From: a virus
Reading direction: 5' to 3' (one strand)
DNA: 64,000 bases
Virus record (IMG/VR): IMGVR_UViG_3300042879_004726
Span: 5,771 to 69,770 of that record
Shown: positions 36,989 to 49,100 of the stretch, piece after piece
How the letters are laid out: each line of letters opens with the position of its first letter
Position numbering within the stretch: the stretch's first letter is position 1
The notes under the pieces: model-generated
What the model was told of the DNA's origin: nothing
Databases searched by the model: none
What the model saw: the letters and a program-made list of their open reading frames with translations, nothing else
Made by a program: the position numbers and the translations under genes

Positions 36989-39900
36989 TAACTCTTAAAT
37001 TTTTTATGATTGGAACAAAGGCTTGAGATTTACTTGTACCAATTAATTTAATTCTAAATTGTTTAAATGTATTTGATAAATTGGCTGTGAATGTATAATC
37101 TTTAAAATCAGATGGTGTGGGATTACTTATAAATCTATCTTGCTTAGTCATTTTCAAATCTGGACTTCCATCATTATTTTCTAAGCTAATTGATGACTGG
37201 TTATCTGGATTTATATTTCCATAACCTGGGAATAGGGTAAATGTGTTATTATTTTCACCAATTGAATAAAGTAATCTGATATCAGAATCATTATGAATAT
37301 ATGCATCAAGTAAAACTTTTATTGAAGAAGCTGGGTTATCTAGAATAATTTGATTTGATATGTAGGAGAATAAATTTGGGTCATCACCAATTGTATTAAC
37401 TCTAGGATCTTTTATATAATCTGAAATAGGATTATTAATTTTATTACTAATCAATACCAAACTATTGTTAGATAAGTCAATTGTAGGACTAACTCTAGAA
37501 TCTGAAGTATTTAAATTTACATTTAGACTAATAGATTTGTTTGCTGGAATTCCAGTCAAATATGTAGACTCATTAATTTTAGACGCAATAATTCGTGATG
37601 AATCAAAATAATTTATTGTATTATTTGATATATCTTGTAAACCTTGATCTACAAAAGAAACTTCATTTCCACCCAGACTTGTTCCACTGATTGTTCTAAT
37701 TGATGATTTAATATTTGTACCTGTTGGAGAAGTCTGTCTTATATTTGGTATAATCATTTCAAATGGGATATTATATGTCGCTTGACCGTTAGTTCCCCCA
37801 ACTTTACTTGTTCTATTAAACTTTAATTTCCCAAATCCAGTATTTACACTTCTATCTACTCCATCAGTAGACATATTAACTTTAACGTAATAATAATCCG
37901 CACCTATTCTTTCTTTAATTGCACTACTTACATCAGATAAATTGTGAGTTTTATTGATTCTTCTCAACGAAACTCCATTTAATTCATATTTTTCAACAAA
38001 AGTATCTATTGGATAATTAAATCCTTTTGTTGAGTCAATCTCCCTTGACACACCAGTTAAACTATTTGAAATTAGATTTACTCCAGTATAACTCAATATT
38101 TCATTTGCTATTCTAACATATCCTGGGTTACTAGCACTCACTAAAATATTTTCAAAAACATTAAAACCAGAAATGCTGGAAACAAATAGTTCATTACTAG
38201 TTCCACTTGAACTTGGATATTGTGATGTCAGTTTACTTAATGTAGTACTAATTCCTGAAATATTAGAAATTGTTACTTTATTTGATGATGAATGTAAACC
38301 GTGATTTCTATGGAAAACTTTTATATGTTCTCCATCTGTAATTGTATTTAAATATGAGACTGTTAATGTATTTCCATTATTAGTAAAGTCAGTTGTTAAA
38401 CCGGAATTATTAATAAATTTGAGAGTGGAACCAATACTAATTTCCCCCTGAATGTTATCTACAATAATTTGATTATTCCCATTAATTTGAGAAACACTTA
38501 ATCTCATACCAGTACCCAAATTCTGAGAACCTATTGTGATTGGTGTTAAAATATCTCCTATCACATAACCAAAGCCCCCGTTATCTATGGTTGCCCCTGA
38601 AGCAACTACACCACCATTATTGATAGTAATATTTGCAGTTGCATTTAAACCAGAGCCAGTAATACTAGTCAATGCAACACCAGAATATGTAGTGTTTGAT
38701 CCAGTATATCCAATTCCAGAATTAATAACTTTCAAAGTACTAAAAGCACTTCCAGCATACCCAACAAGAGTTCCAGTAGCTGTTGCAAGTCCGACATTTT
38801 GTTGTATTACAGTATTTCCAAGAGTCAAATTTGAATTTGTAATTGTTCCAGATAAAGATACTTTAACTTTATTTGATTCAACTATCAAAGGATCCTTTGT
38901 CATAATTTGTAGTTTTTCATCAAGATCTGAATTAAAAAACTGAGTAAATCCAGAAGAAACGAAATTGGCCCTATAAATCTCAAATGTTAAGTCTTCATAT
39001 TGACTAGGAGACCACGTTGACGCATTTTGAGATTTGAATAGAGAACCAAGAAGTCTTTGTGTGGTAACTAATACTTGATTTTGCTCAGAATTTAATGTTG
39101 ACACATCAGATTCACCAAGCCTAGATATCCATACATTATATTCATTTGAATTTGAAATTATAACGATAGCATATTCTTTTTGTCCAGACAGATATACTGG
39201 AGATTCAAATTCAAATGTTGTAGAAACTGAAGCATCTTCTGAAATATTAATTTTATCTGGGGTTAATTCAACTTCAGAAAATGGAAGAATTTTTTGATTT
39301 GGTACTCCCAGTTCAACTTCTCTGATTTGAACTGTAACTGGAAGAATATCATCCTTTGTTCTAAAGTAAAGATCAACCTTTGTAATATAAATTCCAGTTG
39401 AGTCATCTACCACAAATGATTGTGCTAAAGGATCTAGATATGCTCCAGTAAGTCTAGTATTTGTAGATACATTTGTAACATTTGTTGTAAGTGAAACAGT
39501 TTGACTTGAATTACTTGAATCTGATATAGAATTTTCCTGTCTAAATCCATTATCAACTTCAACTCTGGCATTTCTAAGAGAAAGTGTAGATTGTTGTGTT
39601 GTATCAACTTCACCTTGAGAGTAAAAAGTTTCTTCAGCAACAGTAGTAATAACTCCAGGAATTTGTGAATTTGTTGAACTGCTGGTCAATTTGAATCTAG
39701 ATCTTCCAGTTTCAAATGTTGGAGAACCAGATAATCCATTTGGAACTTGGAAAGAACCTATTAAAGTTCCAATTCTATCTGTAACTAGTCTAACATTTTT
39801 TATTGTAGCTTCAGAACCTGATGTTAAACCTCTAAGTCTCATTCCAATTTTTATAGAACCATAAAAATTAGGATTTAATTCTTCAGAAAGAGAAAACGTA

Positions 39901-42900
39901 TCAATATTTAATATTGAACTTGTTGATGAATAGTTTTCTGGAATTGATACATTTCTATCATATGGATTTCTATCAAATGTATCAGTTGGATTATTGTATG
40001 GGCCATATTTATGATTTGATTTTGCAACTCTAAATTTAGCTTCAATTTTATTAGTAGATGCTGTAGAAAACTGACCGATTACAGTTTCTCCGACCTGAAA
40101 TGACCCAGAAATCATTTCAATTTCAATGAGTTTACTGAAACAATAATCACTGACGTTTACACCATCAAAGAATGGATAAACTTGTGTAAATGGTTTTAAT
40201 CTTTTAGATGTAAATTCAATATTTCTAGACCTCATATATGTAATTACATCTCTACGAACAACTCTATCCCCTAAAGTTTCCGTATTTATGACTTCTCTAA
40301 CTTTATATTGAGAACCAGTTCTTTGTTGACTTAATCCTACATTTAATGTTGAATTTGTAGAAACATTGGTGTTTGTTATTCTATCTACAGAGGTTGTTTC
40401 AGTTCCAACTAAAAATGATTCTGGAACATTTGCAGCATTGGGCCATCTAAAATTCCTAAATTCTTCTAAAGTACCTTGCCTAAATCCATTTGTAGAATTT
40501 GTATTTAAATTGGATGATGAACTTGTGCTTGATTGTGATGTAAAATTAACATCAATTCCTGTAGTTTCCCAAGAATTCCAAATTACAGGGCTTACTCCTA
40601 TTCTTTGGCCATCTTGGTCCGTATTTATTTCAGTTCTTAATGCTTCAGCAATTCCAAGGAAAGAACCTTCTACATCAATATTATTTACCTGCAACCTATT
40701 AGTATCAACCCAAACATCTGTTGTGGGATTAAGTTGAATAGATCCTTCCCAAAGCTTTACTAAAAATGGAGTAACATTCTCAGTTCTTGTTGCAAAAGGC
40801 TGCTTTAACCAAGAGACTTCATTATAATCCAAACAAATAGTATCACCAGTTCTTTTTATATTGGAACTGACAATATTAGAGAATCTTTTATCATCATTTA
40901 ATTGAGTTGCGCCTCCAATTCCTGGAATTGTAATATTGGCGATTTCTAATTTTACATTAGATGTAAAATGTGAAGGTCTAAGCTCACCTTTAGCTGTATC
41001 AATACTATTTTTAACACCATTAGATGTATCTTGTGTTAAAAGTGAAGTAAAATTATCAACATAGAATCCAGATTTAAATCTGTTTAGTCCAGTTCCGTCA
41101 TCAACAAAAAGATTTTGAGTGGATGATTCTAATGATGAAAGAGAAGTATAATACTCAAGATTTTTGATTCTATTTTCAAGATTGAAAATATCCTTCATTT
41201 GATATCTTTTATGTTGAATAAATTCAATCTTGGCATCAGAAGTATCATATAGATATGCGGGAAGATATATGTTTGCAATATTCATAGCACCAGAAATTTC
41301 TTCTGGTAGAGTTGGATTATCCGATGGACTTCCGTATTTTATCGTAAATGATTTATCTTTGGTCAAATAAATTCTGTCAATTCTTGGTAGATAATATGAA
41401 TATGATAAAGTTAAAGATTCATCTGCACAAATAACATCTCTTGCACTATGTAAAGAGCTATTGAAAGTTCTTCCAGAAAATTCAAATGGTGATCTGTTTC
41501 CTTCAGAAACTGAATAATCACTAACTCTTGGTCTGAAATCTACAATATCAGTAACTCTACAACCAGAAATTTTTAATATTTCTGATTTATAGTTAAATGA
41601 TCCATAAGAATTTACAGTAGTAATATCACCAATATCTGATGCATCATAATAACCTCTAGAAAATACTACTTTTAATTTTCTTTGAACATTTTCGTTAGTA
41701 TTTCTAACAATTTTTGAATAATCATAGTAAGTTGGAGTTTGTCCAGTAATCAACTTATAATTCTTTGTTACATTTTTACTTCCAGGATCAATTGAAGAAA
41801 TTATTCCATTTACATTGGATTGTTTAAATTTTACAGTTTCTCCACTCAAAAATGTAATATCATTCAAATAAATGAATCCTATTGATGTATCACTAAGTCT
41901 TTCTGAATATAAAGCTTTTGCACCACTTACGTTTCCAACTACAATTTCACCAATAAGTAAGTCATTTGTCTTTGATGAAGGCCCGTCCATAGAACCTATG
42001 ATTGCAGAAGGTATTTTAGGATCTAAAATATCATTTGATTCAAAAATTCCATAAAGAAGTCCTACATCTGGATAATTTAAACATATTTCTTTATCTTGAA
42101 CTCTAGTTCCATATGGATAATTTCCATAAATTAAACCATCATTTGATGTAGATTGACCTATTCCAGATGAAGGACTTGATGATTTATTAATGATAATACT
42201 ATCTACAACTTTCTTTTTCTTTAATTTTGATGTAATTTTTGATCTTTTTAAAGTTGCAATTAAAGTTGCTCCAGTATCATTGGAACCTAGGTTGTTTATT
42301 TTTAAATTGGTAGAACCGGATTGAAATTCAAATTTATCTGATGTTAATGTTTCTAAAGAACCATCACTTCTAATTAAGATATATCTCTCTTCATCAAATG
42401 GTAAAAATGTATTATTTTGACCTGCTGAAATTACATTTGTAGAATTGCTTGTAATTGTAACATTATCAAATTGTCTTCTTATGATTAATTCAGACGATGA
42501 GAAATCAACAGAACTTATATTTTGTTTAGGTAAGATGCTATAGAGACTATTATTTCCAGATACATTTTCACTATTTCCACTAGATTGTAATTTTGTTGAT
42601 AATATTGATAAATCTGTTACATTAATTGTTGATGCTGAGAGTGTTCCATTGACAACTCCTGGCACATTTTGTATGGATGAAATTTCAAATTGTTTTGTAT
42701 TATAAAAAACTCTTCCTACCTTTGCATATGAAATTGTAGAAATACCAGATTGGCTAAATTTTACAAAATTTCCTGAAGTAACAATTCCAGAAATATTTGT
42801 ATTATTTACAGTAACTGTTGAAATTCCTCCACTAAAAGAACTTATGGAAGCAATTCCTATAAAATAAGACTCTGATTGTATAGTATCAGCACTAAATGTT

Positions 42901-44582
42901 TTTCCTGTTCCTACAGTGGAATGAACGGATTTTATATCAGAAATACCATAATTTCTAATATTTGTAATATATCTTGATTGATTTGTTGTAGTTGTTGTTG
43001 ACCCAAAGGAAATATTTTCTTTGGGTGAAAATTGACCATTAATTTGATAAATTGTAATTGTACTTGAACTGCTTACAGAATTTCTTAAATAACCAGTTGC
43101 TCCTGTTGAGTCTCCCTGAATAAATGTAGGCACATTAAGTGTTACTGGTTCATTTAAATCAGCTATTGAATATGTTTGTATATCAAATAGAGATAAATCC
43201 CATTGATTTATATCTAAATTACTGACATCATAACCACCCTGCTCCAAAGAAAAGTCATAAACTCTAGCACACCCAATTTCCTGCCCTGAAGCTATTCCTG
43301 CATTGCTTCCTACTCTTTCATCCCTCAAACTTAAAATTGTTGTTGTATTAAATCCAATTAAAGGAGAGCCTGTAATATTATTTACTGATAGAGTTGGAGT
43401 AAAATTAAAATTTACTGCTTGATTTTCTATTGTTTTTGTAGTTCTTGGTTTTGGTACATCTAAAAATGTTGATCCATCAAAACTTACTTCATATCCCTTA
43501 ACATAAGCTTTTCCAGAACTTATTTTATAGATTGCCAAATCTTCACTAGGAACTGATCCATTGTATGTTAATTCCCCTTCATTGAATATACCGTCATTCC
43601 CAATTCCATCATTTAAACTCTCTTTACATAAAGTTGAAAATGATTTTACATAATAATGGCCAGATTCATCAAAAGTTCTTTTTGCCAGTTCATCTCCAAT
43701 AATATTGTATTCAGTATTATTGTTTAACTCCCTAATAACACCATCTTTTACGGTTGCGAGTTGAACAAAGCTGGTATTATCATAGTTATCAAGGTCTTTT
43801 TTATATAATGATGCTGTTATTTTTAGTCTATCTGCTCCAGGGGCAGAGTAATTATTATATCCTTGAGAATTATCTGTTAAATCTTGATCATCATCTGATG
43901 TAATAAGTTCTTCATTTACCAATAAACCGACTCTATAATTTGGTTTATTGGTATATTGATCTAAAATTAAAATTTGGTCTGAAACCTCGACAAAAGTTCC
44001 TCTTAAAAAATAAACTCCATTTGATAATGCAAATGCAGAACCAACAGAAGTTGAATTAGTAGAGATAGTAGATGCAAAACCTTCATCCACATTGATAAAA
44101 GTATTTCCAAATTGAATTGGAGTTTCTGAAATTAATACCTCATCATCTGAAAATTCTCTTTGAGATAAATCATTTTCAGATGATTCAAGATAATCAACAT
44201 AAAGGGTTATATTTCCTCTTTCAGATTCATCTGCACTTATTACTTTAACTACCTTGGCTTTTACTCCTGAATTTTTTCCATATATTTTTAATCCTTCTAA
44301 ATTATTTAAATATAAAGATACTGGAATTCCTGAATATTCACTATTAATCTCTATTGCATAAAAATTACTAATATATGTCAATTGTCCAGGAATTACTCTT
44401 GCACCTTCTTTGAAGAAATGAGAACCAAATTGTTCTATTTGATTTTGAAGAATTGATTGTAAAGATGTTAATTCTCTAGCCTGAATTGGATAACCTGGCT
44501 TAAATAAAACTCTATAATAATTTTTATTTTTATCAAAGTCATCAAAATATGGATTTATATTAAGATTGGTTTCTTGTGACAT
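36975..44582 (-). CDS. Large baseplate/tail structural protein (VrlC/DUF4815-like)
   Basis: NLNINPYFDDFD...LFKPG.PIQARELT, APGADRLK, HKRY.M.DI..LE.RI..LEYYT, DPLAQSF. Confidence 0.88.
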   Translation of the reverse strand: MSQETNLNINPYFDDFDKNKNYYRVLFKPGYPIQARELTSLQSILQNQIEQFGSHFFKEGARVIPGQLTYISNFYAIEINSEYSGIPVSLYLNNLEGLKIYGKNSGVKAKVVKVISADESERGNITLYVDYLESSENDLSQREFSDDEVLISETPIQFGNTFINVDEGFASTISTNSTSVGSAFALSNGVYFLRGTFVEVSDQILILDQYTNKPNYRVGLLVNEELITSDDDQDLTDNSQGYNNYSAPGADRLKITASLYKKDLDNYDNTSFVQLATVKDGVIRELNNNTEYNIIGDELAKRTFDESGHYYVKSFSTLCKESLNDGIGNDGIFNEGELTYNGSVPSEDLAIYKISSGKAYVKGYEVSFDGSTFLDVPKPRTTKTIENQAVNFNFTPTLSVNNITGSPLIGFNTTTILSLRDERVGSNAGIASGQEIGCARVYDFSLEQGGYDVSNLDINQWDLSLFDIQTYSIADLNEPVTLNVPTFIQGDSTGATGYLRNSVSSSSTITIYQINGQFSPKENISFGSTTTTTNQSRYITNIRNYGISDIKSVHSTVGTGKTFSADTIQSESYFIGIASISSFSGGISTVTVNNTNISGIVTSGNFVKFSQSGISTISYAKVGRVFYNTKQFEISSIQNVPGVVNGTLSASTINVTDLSILSTKLQSSGNSENVSGNNSLYSILPKQNISSVDFSSSELIIRRQFDNVTITSNSTNVISAGQNNTFLPFDEERYILIRSDGSLETLTSDKFEFQSGSTNLKINNLGSNDTGATLIATLKRSKITSKLKKKKVVDSIIINKSSSPSSGIGQSTSNDGLIYGNYPYGTRVQDKEICLNYPDVGLLYGIFESNDILDPKIPSAIIGSMDGPSSKTNDLLIGEIVVGNVSGAKALYSERLSDTSIGFIYLNDITFLSGETVKFKQSNVNGIISSIDPGSKNVTKNYKLITGQTPTYYDYSKIVRNTNENVQRKLKVVFSRGYYDASDIGDITTVNSYGSFNYKSEILKISGCRVTDIVDFRPRVSDYSVSEGNRSPFEFSGRTFNSSLHSARDVICADESLTLSYSYYLPRIDRIYLTKDKSFTIKYGSPSDNPTLPEEISGAMNIANIYLPAYLYDTSDAKIEFIQHKRYQMKDIFNLENRIKNLEYYTSLSSLESSTQNLFVDDGTGLNRFKSGFYVDNFTSLLTQDTSNGVKNSIDTAKGELRPSHFTSNVKLEIANITIPGIGGATQLNDDKRFSNIVSSNIKRTGDTICLDYNEVSWLKQPFATRTENVTPFLVKLWEGSIQLNPTTDVWVDTNRLQVNNIDVEGSFLGIAEALRTEINTDQDGQRIGVSPVIWNSWETTGIDVNFTSQSSTSSSSNLNTNSTNGFRQGTLEEFRNFRWPNAANVPESFLVGTETTSVDRITNTNVSTNSTLNVGLSQQRTGSQYKVREVINTETLGDRVVRRDVITYMRSRNIEFTSKRLKPFTQVYPFFDGVNVSDYCFSKLIEIEMISGSFQVGETVIGQFSTASTNKIEAKFRVAKSNHKYGPYNNPTDTFDRNPYDRNVSIPENYSSTSSILNIDTFSLSEELNPNFYGSIKIGMRLRGLTSGSEATIKNVRLVTDRIGTLIGSFQVPNGLSGSPTFETGRSRFKLTSSSTNSQIPGVITTVAEETFYSQGEVDTTQQSTLSLRNARVEVDNGFRQENSISDSSNSSQTVSLTTNVTNVSTNTRLTGAYLDPLAQSFVVDDSTGIYITKVDLYFRTKDDILPVTVQIREVELGVPNQKILPFSEVELTPDKINISEDASVSTTFEFESPVYLSGQKEYAIVIISNSNEYNVWISRLGESDVSTLNSEQNQVLVTTQRLLGSLFKSQNASTWSPSQYEDLTFEIYRANFVSSGFTQFFNSDLDEKLQIMTKDPLIVESNKVKVSLSGTITNSNLTLGNTVIQQNVGLATATGTLVGYAGSAFSTLKVINSGIGYTGSNTTYSGVALTSITGSGLNATANITINNGGVVASGATIDNGGFGYVIGDILTPITIGSQNLGTGMRLSVSQINGNNQIIVDNIQGEISIGSTLKFINNSGLTTDFTNNGNTLTVSYLNTITDGEHIKVFHRNHGLHSSSNKVTISNISGISTTLSKLTSQYPSSSGTSNELFVSSISGFNVFENILVSASNPGYVRIANEILSYTGVNLISNSLTGVSREIDSTKGFNYPIDTFVEKYELNGVSLRRINKTHNLSDVSSAIKERIGADYYYVKVNMSTDGVDRSVNTGFGKLKFNRTSKVGGTNGQATYNIPFEMIIPNIRQTSPTGTNIKSSIRTISGTSLGGNEVSFVDQGLQDISNNTINYFDSSRIIASKINESTYLTGIPANKSISLNVNLNTSDSRVSPTIDLSNNSLVLISNKINNPISDYIKDPRVNTIGDDPNLFSYISNQIILDNPASSIKVLLDAYIHNDSDIRLLYSIGENNNTFTLFPGYGNINPDNQSSISLENNDGSPDLKMTKQDRFISNPTPSDFKDYTFTANLSNTFKQFRIKLIGTSKSQAFVPIIKNLRVIALA

Positions 44583-44591
44583 AATTTTTTA

Positions 44592-46145
44592 TTAGAATTG
44601 CAAAATAACTTTGATATCTTCTTTTTGGTTTAATGACCTAGTAATAGATGGTCTATTATCAATGTAAATCATATCTCCAGAATATTTTTTTACTTCTGGA
44701 TATGAAATTCCACTCTCAAAATACTGACCAAGATTATATGTTCTATTATTTATAGTTGTACTTATACCAGTGAATGAAGTATCAATGGGAAGATTATTTG
44801 ATGTTCCTACTATAATATTTGAACCTCCAGTTCCTGGACTTGAAGTAAAACGATATAAATTATATCCATATTGTGGTGTAAATGATAAATTACTAGTTCC
44901 ACTTGTAAATCCAACAAATGACCTATCTTGCCAATATTTCAAAACTCCAGTTTTGTTATCATATGAAACTACTTTACCAACAGCAGTTTGGCCTGTAGAA
45001 ATTGTTTGAGTTATTACTGAATTTGCATTAAACGTTGCATTACTATATCCAGCACCAACTTTTAATGCATATGTATTACTTACTTTTTGTTGATTTAATA
45101 GTGTTGTTGTTCCATAAGAGACTGGATTTTTTATTATACCAACTCTTGCTATTTTATTTCCAGTTATAAAGTCTGGATTTAAATCATCATTTTCAATTCT
45201 AGAATATACTAAAACATTTTTTGCCCCCAATTCTTGGTAAATATCAAATCCGTGCCCACCAGTAGGGGGAATAATCACATCAAATGTGGGTAAAATATTT
45301 CCAGTAATTCCAGCAGAATTTAAATCTACAATTCCATAGGTATATCCACTTCCTCCAGTTGTTACATCTATAGACTCTACTGTGGAATCATTTCCAACTA
45401 CTATTGTTGCTTTAGCACCTGAACCATCACCCAAAATTGGAACATTAGTGTAAGTTTTTGCATTTCCTAAGCCACTTCCTCTATTTGTAATTGTTATTAC
45501 TTTTAATTGTCCACTCTTAGACGCATCAGAATGTTCTCTGACAGAAGCGTTTTCTAAATTTGTATTCCAATCTTTAGGAACAGGAATAAAATTCAAAGAA
45601 TCAAATTTAATTAAATCATTTGGTTTTATTGTATAAAGATATTTCCATATATATCCATCACCACTTAATCCAGCACTTCTTGGTTCCAAATCAGTGAATA
45701 ATGGCTCATCCAAAGAAGGTTTACCTTTTGGATTTTCTGGGTCTTTACCATTATGTAAACAAATATAAACCCTATAATCACTATTCATTACATAAAAATT
45801 AGACTCATATAGACTTGTTCTACTTGAGGCAGTTGAAACTCTATTTACACTAATATCCTGGCGATACAAATCATATGTTGTTCCAGATTGCCATTCAATT
45901 CTTTTTACTACTTGCCTGATGTCATCATTATTAATTTTTTTCAATGCAACAACTGTATCCCAAATATCATTATAACTATCAAATGAATCTATTGGAGAAG
46001 AAGGATTTGTCTCCCAAGTAGAGCTGTAATCAGTAGCATTTGTTAAACCAACAAAAGAATAATAAGAATTTGAAGTGGAGGCAATAGATGTGATAAAATT
46101 TGCTGCACTTAATATTCTAAATTGATCTGTTATTATAGCTGACAT
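44592..46145 (-). CDS. gp8: Baseplate wedge subunit
   Basis: MSAIITDQFRI, FYVMNSDYRVYICL.NG, DGYIWKYLYTI, SGD.IYIDNR, EDIKVILQF. Confidence 0.9.
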   Translation of the reverse strand: MSAIITDQFRILSAANFITSIASTSNSYYSFVGLTNATDYSSTWETNPSSPIDSFDSYNDIWDTVVALKKINNDDIRQVVKRIEWQSGTTYDLYRQDISVNRVSTASSRTSLYESNFYVMNSDYRVYICLHNGKDPENPKGKPSLDEPLFTDLEPRSAGLSGDGYIWKYLYTIKPNDLIKFDSLNFIPVPKDWNTNLENASVREHSDASKSGQLKVITITNRGSGLGNAKTYTNVPILGDGSGAKATIVVGNDSTVESIDVTTGGSGYTYGIVDLNSAGITGNILPTFDVIIPPTGGHGFDIYQELGAKNVLVYSRIENDDLNPDFITGNKIARVGIIKNPVSYGTTTLLNQQKVSNTYALKVGAGYSNATFNANSVITQTISTGQTAVGKVVSYDNKTGVLKYWQDRSFVGFTSGTSNLSFTPQYGYNLYRFTSSPGTGGSNIIVGTSNNLPIDTSFTGISTTINNRTYNLGQYFESGISYPEVKKYSGDMIYIDNRPSITRSLNQKEDIKVILQF

Positions 46146-46178
46146 TTACTTTTGTAATTTATTTGTATTTATTCTACT

Positions 46179-49100
46179 TTATATAGAGTTATAATTAGAA
46201 TATCTTAGAGGATTATATCTTCTAACTATTGGAGTACTGTTTAAACCAACTACTCCGAAATTAGAATTTACTGTATATTGGTTTGAAACTGAACTAGTTT
46301 CTATTAATCCCCAACTATAATCACCATAATATGAACTAAAACCTAATCCTGTTAATCCATTATAGTTGGAAACACTAACAACAACTCTTGTTACTGCAGT
46401 ATTTCCAACTCCATATACATCAGTTGATGCAGAAGATACGGAAATTACTTGATAAATGTTATCAATTCCAGTTGTTCCTATTCCTATAATTGATCCATTT
46501 CTTCTCAAAGAAGTAACCCCAAACCCAACTTTTGTATTTGAAACTTTGAGATAATAATCTTGTTTTATTTGACTTTGCGTTATTGTTGGAGTTACTACTG
46601 AAGAGTTTCTTAAATATGACTGTGGAATATAGAGATCAAAAATTAATCCAGTTGAGGCAAATCCAACATTAGTTGTTCTTATTCCAGATATAATACCAAA
46701 ATCTCCAGAATAAGAAACATTTTTTATCAATTCTTTCTTTAATTTTGGAGGTTCTATTAAAACTAAAGGAGGATTTGTGAATGTATATCCAAATCCAGAA
46801 GATGAAATTATCACAGATGAAACTGTACTGATGGATATATTAGAGTATGCTAATGCTTTTCCCGTAGTACCTATTCCTATTGGATTTTCTATTGTTATTG
46901 ATGGTGATGTTGTGTAACCAACTCCACCATCAATAATAGATATTGATTGAATAGTTCCAGCAATAGATACTATTGCAGTTCCAATTGCACCGGATTGATT
47001 ATTATTTTCAATAATTTCTACCTTAGAAATTATATCACTTGTTGTATTTTCTGCTTTAGAATCAAATATAGTTTTTAAAGTATCAACAAAAATTTGAGTT
47101 GATCCAATTCCAACAGACTGAATTATATTACACACAGGAAAAATACTTGGCTCATATATAATCCTACTTTTTCCAACAACGACACCATCAATCACAGCGT
47201 CATTTCTTTGCTTGCACCAATTTACTGGTCTAATTAAATTTAAATCTGACGTAATTCCAATTGAATTATATGGGATTGTATTTACGGTATCTGGAAGTAT
47301 AATATCAGTTACTGCACGCTCTTCTTCAGATAAATTTAAATCATTTGAATTTATTCTCAATTCATCTCCAGTTTTTATGGACTCCAGTATATCAGTATAA
47401 ATTACATCCACATTTGGGGTTCCTTTGTAAAACATAATTTTACTTTTACTTCCACTTTTAGGAGCTTCAGAAAACTCTATATAACTTCCTCCATTAAAAT
47501 TGTAAGAAACCCCAGGTTCTTGTAGAACATCATTTATAAAAATTAGAAGAACTGAGTTCAAATCTATAGTTGAATTTTTCTTTGCAATGATTGCAAATCT
47601 GTTTCCATTATCAGAAATAGGAAATTTTTTTCTATTTCCATCAAATAAAGAACTAATATCATCTAATTTTTGAAGTTCTCCAATGGACCATCCACTAAAT
47701 GAATCATTATAAATTCTATCAACTCTAATTGAAAATTGACTAAATGGTTTTGATGTATCGGTAGGAATTCCAGTCAATCCACCAGATTGAACTGTTAAGA
47801 TATCTCCAACACTATATGAATATCCATAGTTTTTAATCGTAAAATCAATTACACTTGACCCCTGACCAACTACAATATCAATTTTTGCTTGAGAACCAAT
47901 ACCACTACTAGAAGCAGTATGAATTAAAGATAAATCTGAATATGATAAGGGGGCATCAAAAACTACTTTTGGTGGATTTGATGATGTATATCCAGTTCCA
48001 GGATTTGTGATTGCAACACTCACAATATTTCCATTAGTTACTGTTGCTGTTCCAATATACTGTATTTTTGGAGTTCCTGAACTAAATGTCTGGACCCCTA
48101 CTCTCACAATTGATTGAATTCCAGTTCTGTATCCAGAACCACTATTCCCAATACTAATTGACTGTATTGTTCCAGATATGGAAACTATTGCAGTTCCTCC
48201 CGCAGATACTAGAGGCTGATACCCAAATCCACCACTAGAACCAACAGAAACGATAATACCACCCCTAGGAACACTTGAGTTGTTGGGATCATATAATGTA
48301 GATGTTGCGGTTCCAGTGAAATTTAATTTTGTTTGGGATGAAATTTCAGATAAATTGTAATCATCTTCGGGATTCTGAAAAATATTATTCACCAATATTA
48401 TAGAATTATATGAAGATATTCCACTAATATTTTGATTTCTTGATGTTAGATTGAATTGTTTACTTACAGCGTTAAAATTTTGACTTAAATCATCAAAAAT
48501 ATAGTTATTTTGATATGTTTCTTGATTTGAGTTTGAAATTCCAGATCTTATAAAAACCCTACCTTGAAATGACGACCTAATATTGATATCTCCATTGATT
48601 GGATCATATACTGGACCATATGGGGCATCTGAAAAATATAGCGTATTGTCTATAATATTGTAATTGCCTTTTAATTTTGTAATAAGAGAATTACTGTTGT
48701 GTGTAGAAAGACCTGTTCCCATAAAAGGTCTCAGTACTGCGATATAATTTGTGCTTCCAACTCCAACTGAAGAAATTTTCATAATTTCGTCATCTATTTT
48801 TATTAAATCTCCGGCAAAAAAGGATGTTATCCCTGAGAAATAAGATATGGTATCCGATAGACTCAGATTATTTAATAATAATGATGTTACTGATGTTGAA
48901 ACTATGGGAGATTGAATGATATTATCAATCAGAATTATTGATTTTGCATTTTGGTTTGTTGCAGTTACAAAATGATTATTTCCAACGCCGACTGAAGTCA
49001 AATTTATTAATTTTGGAGGAGCTGACAGTGCATTAATAGATGATGTGCAAAATCCTATAAATTTATCATCATACTTATATACATAAAGATCACCACTTAA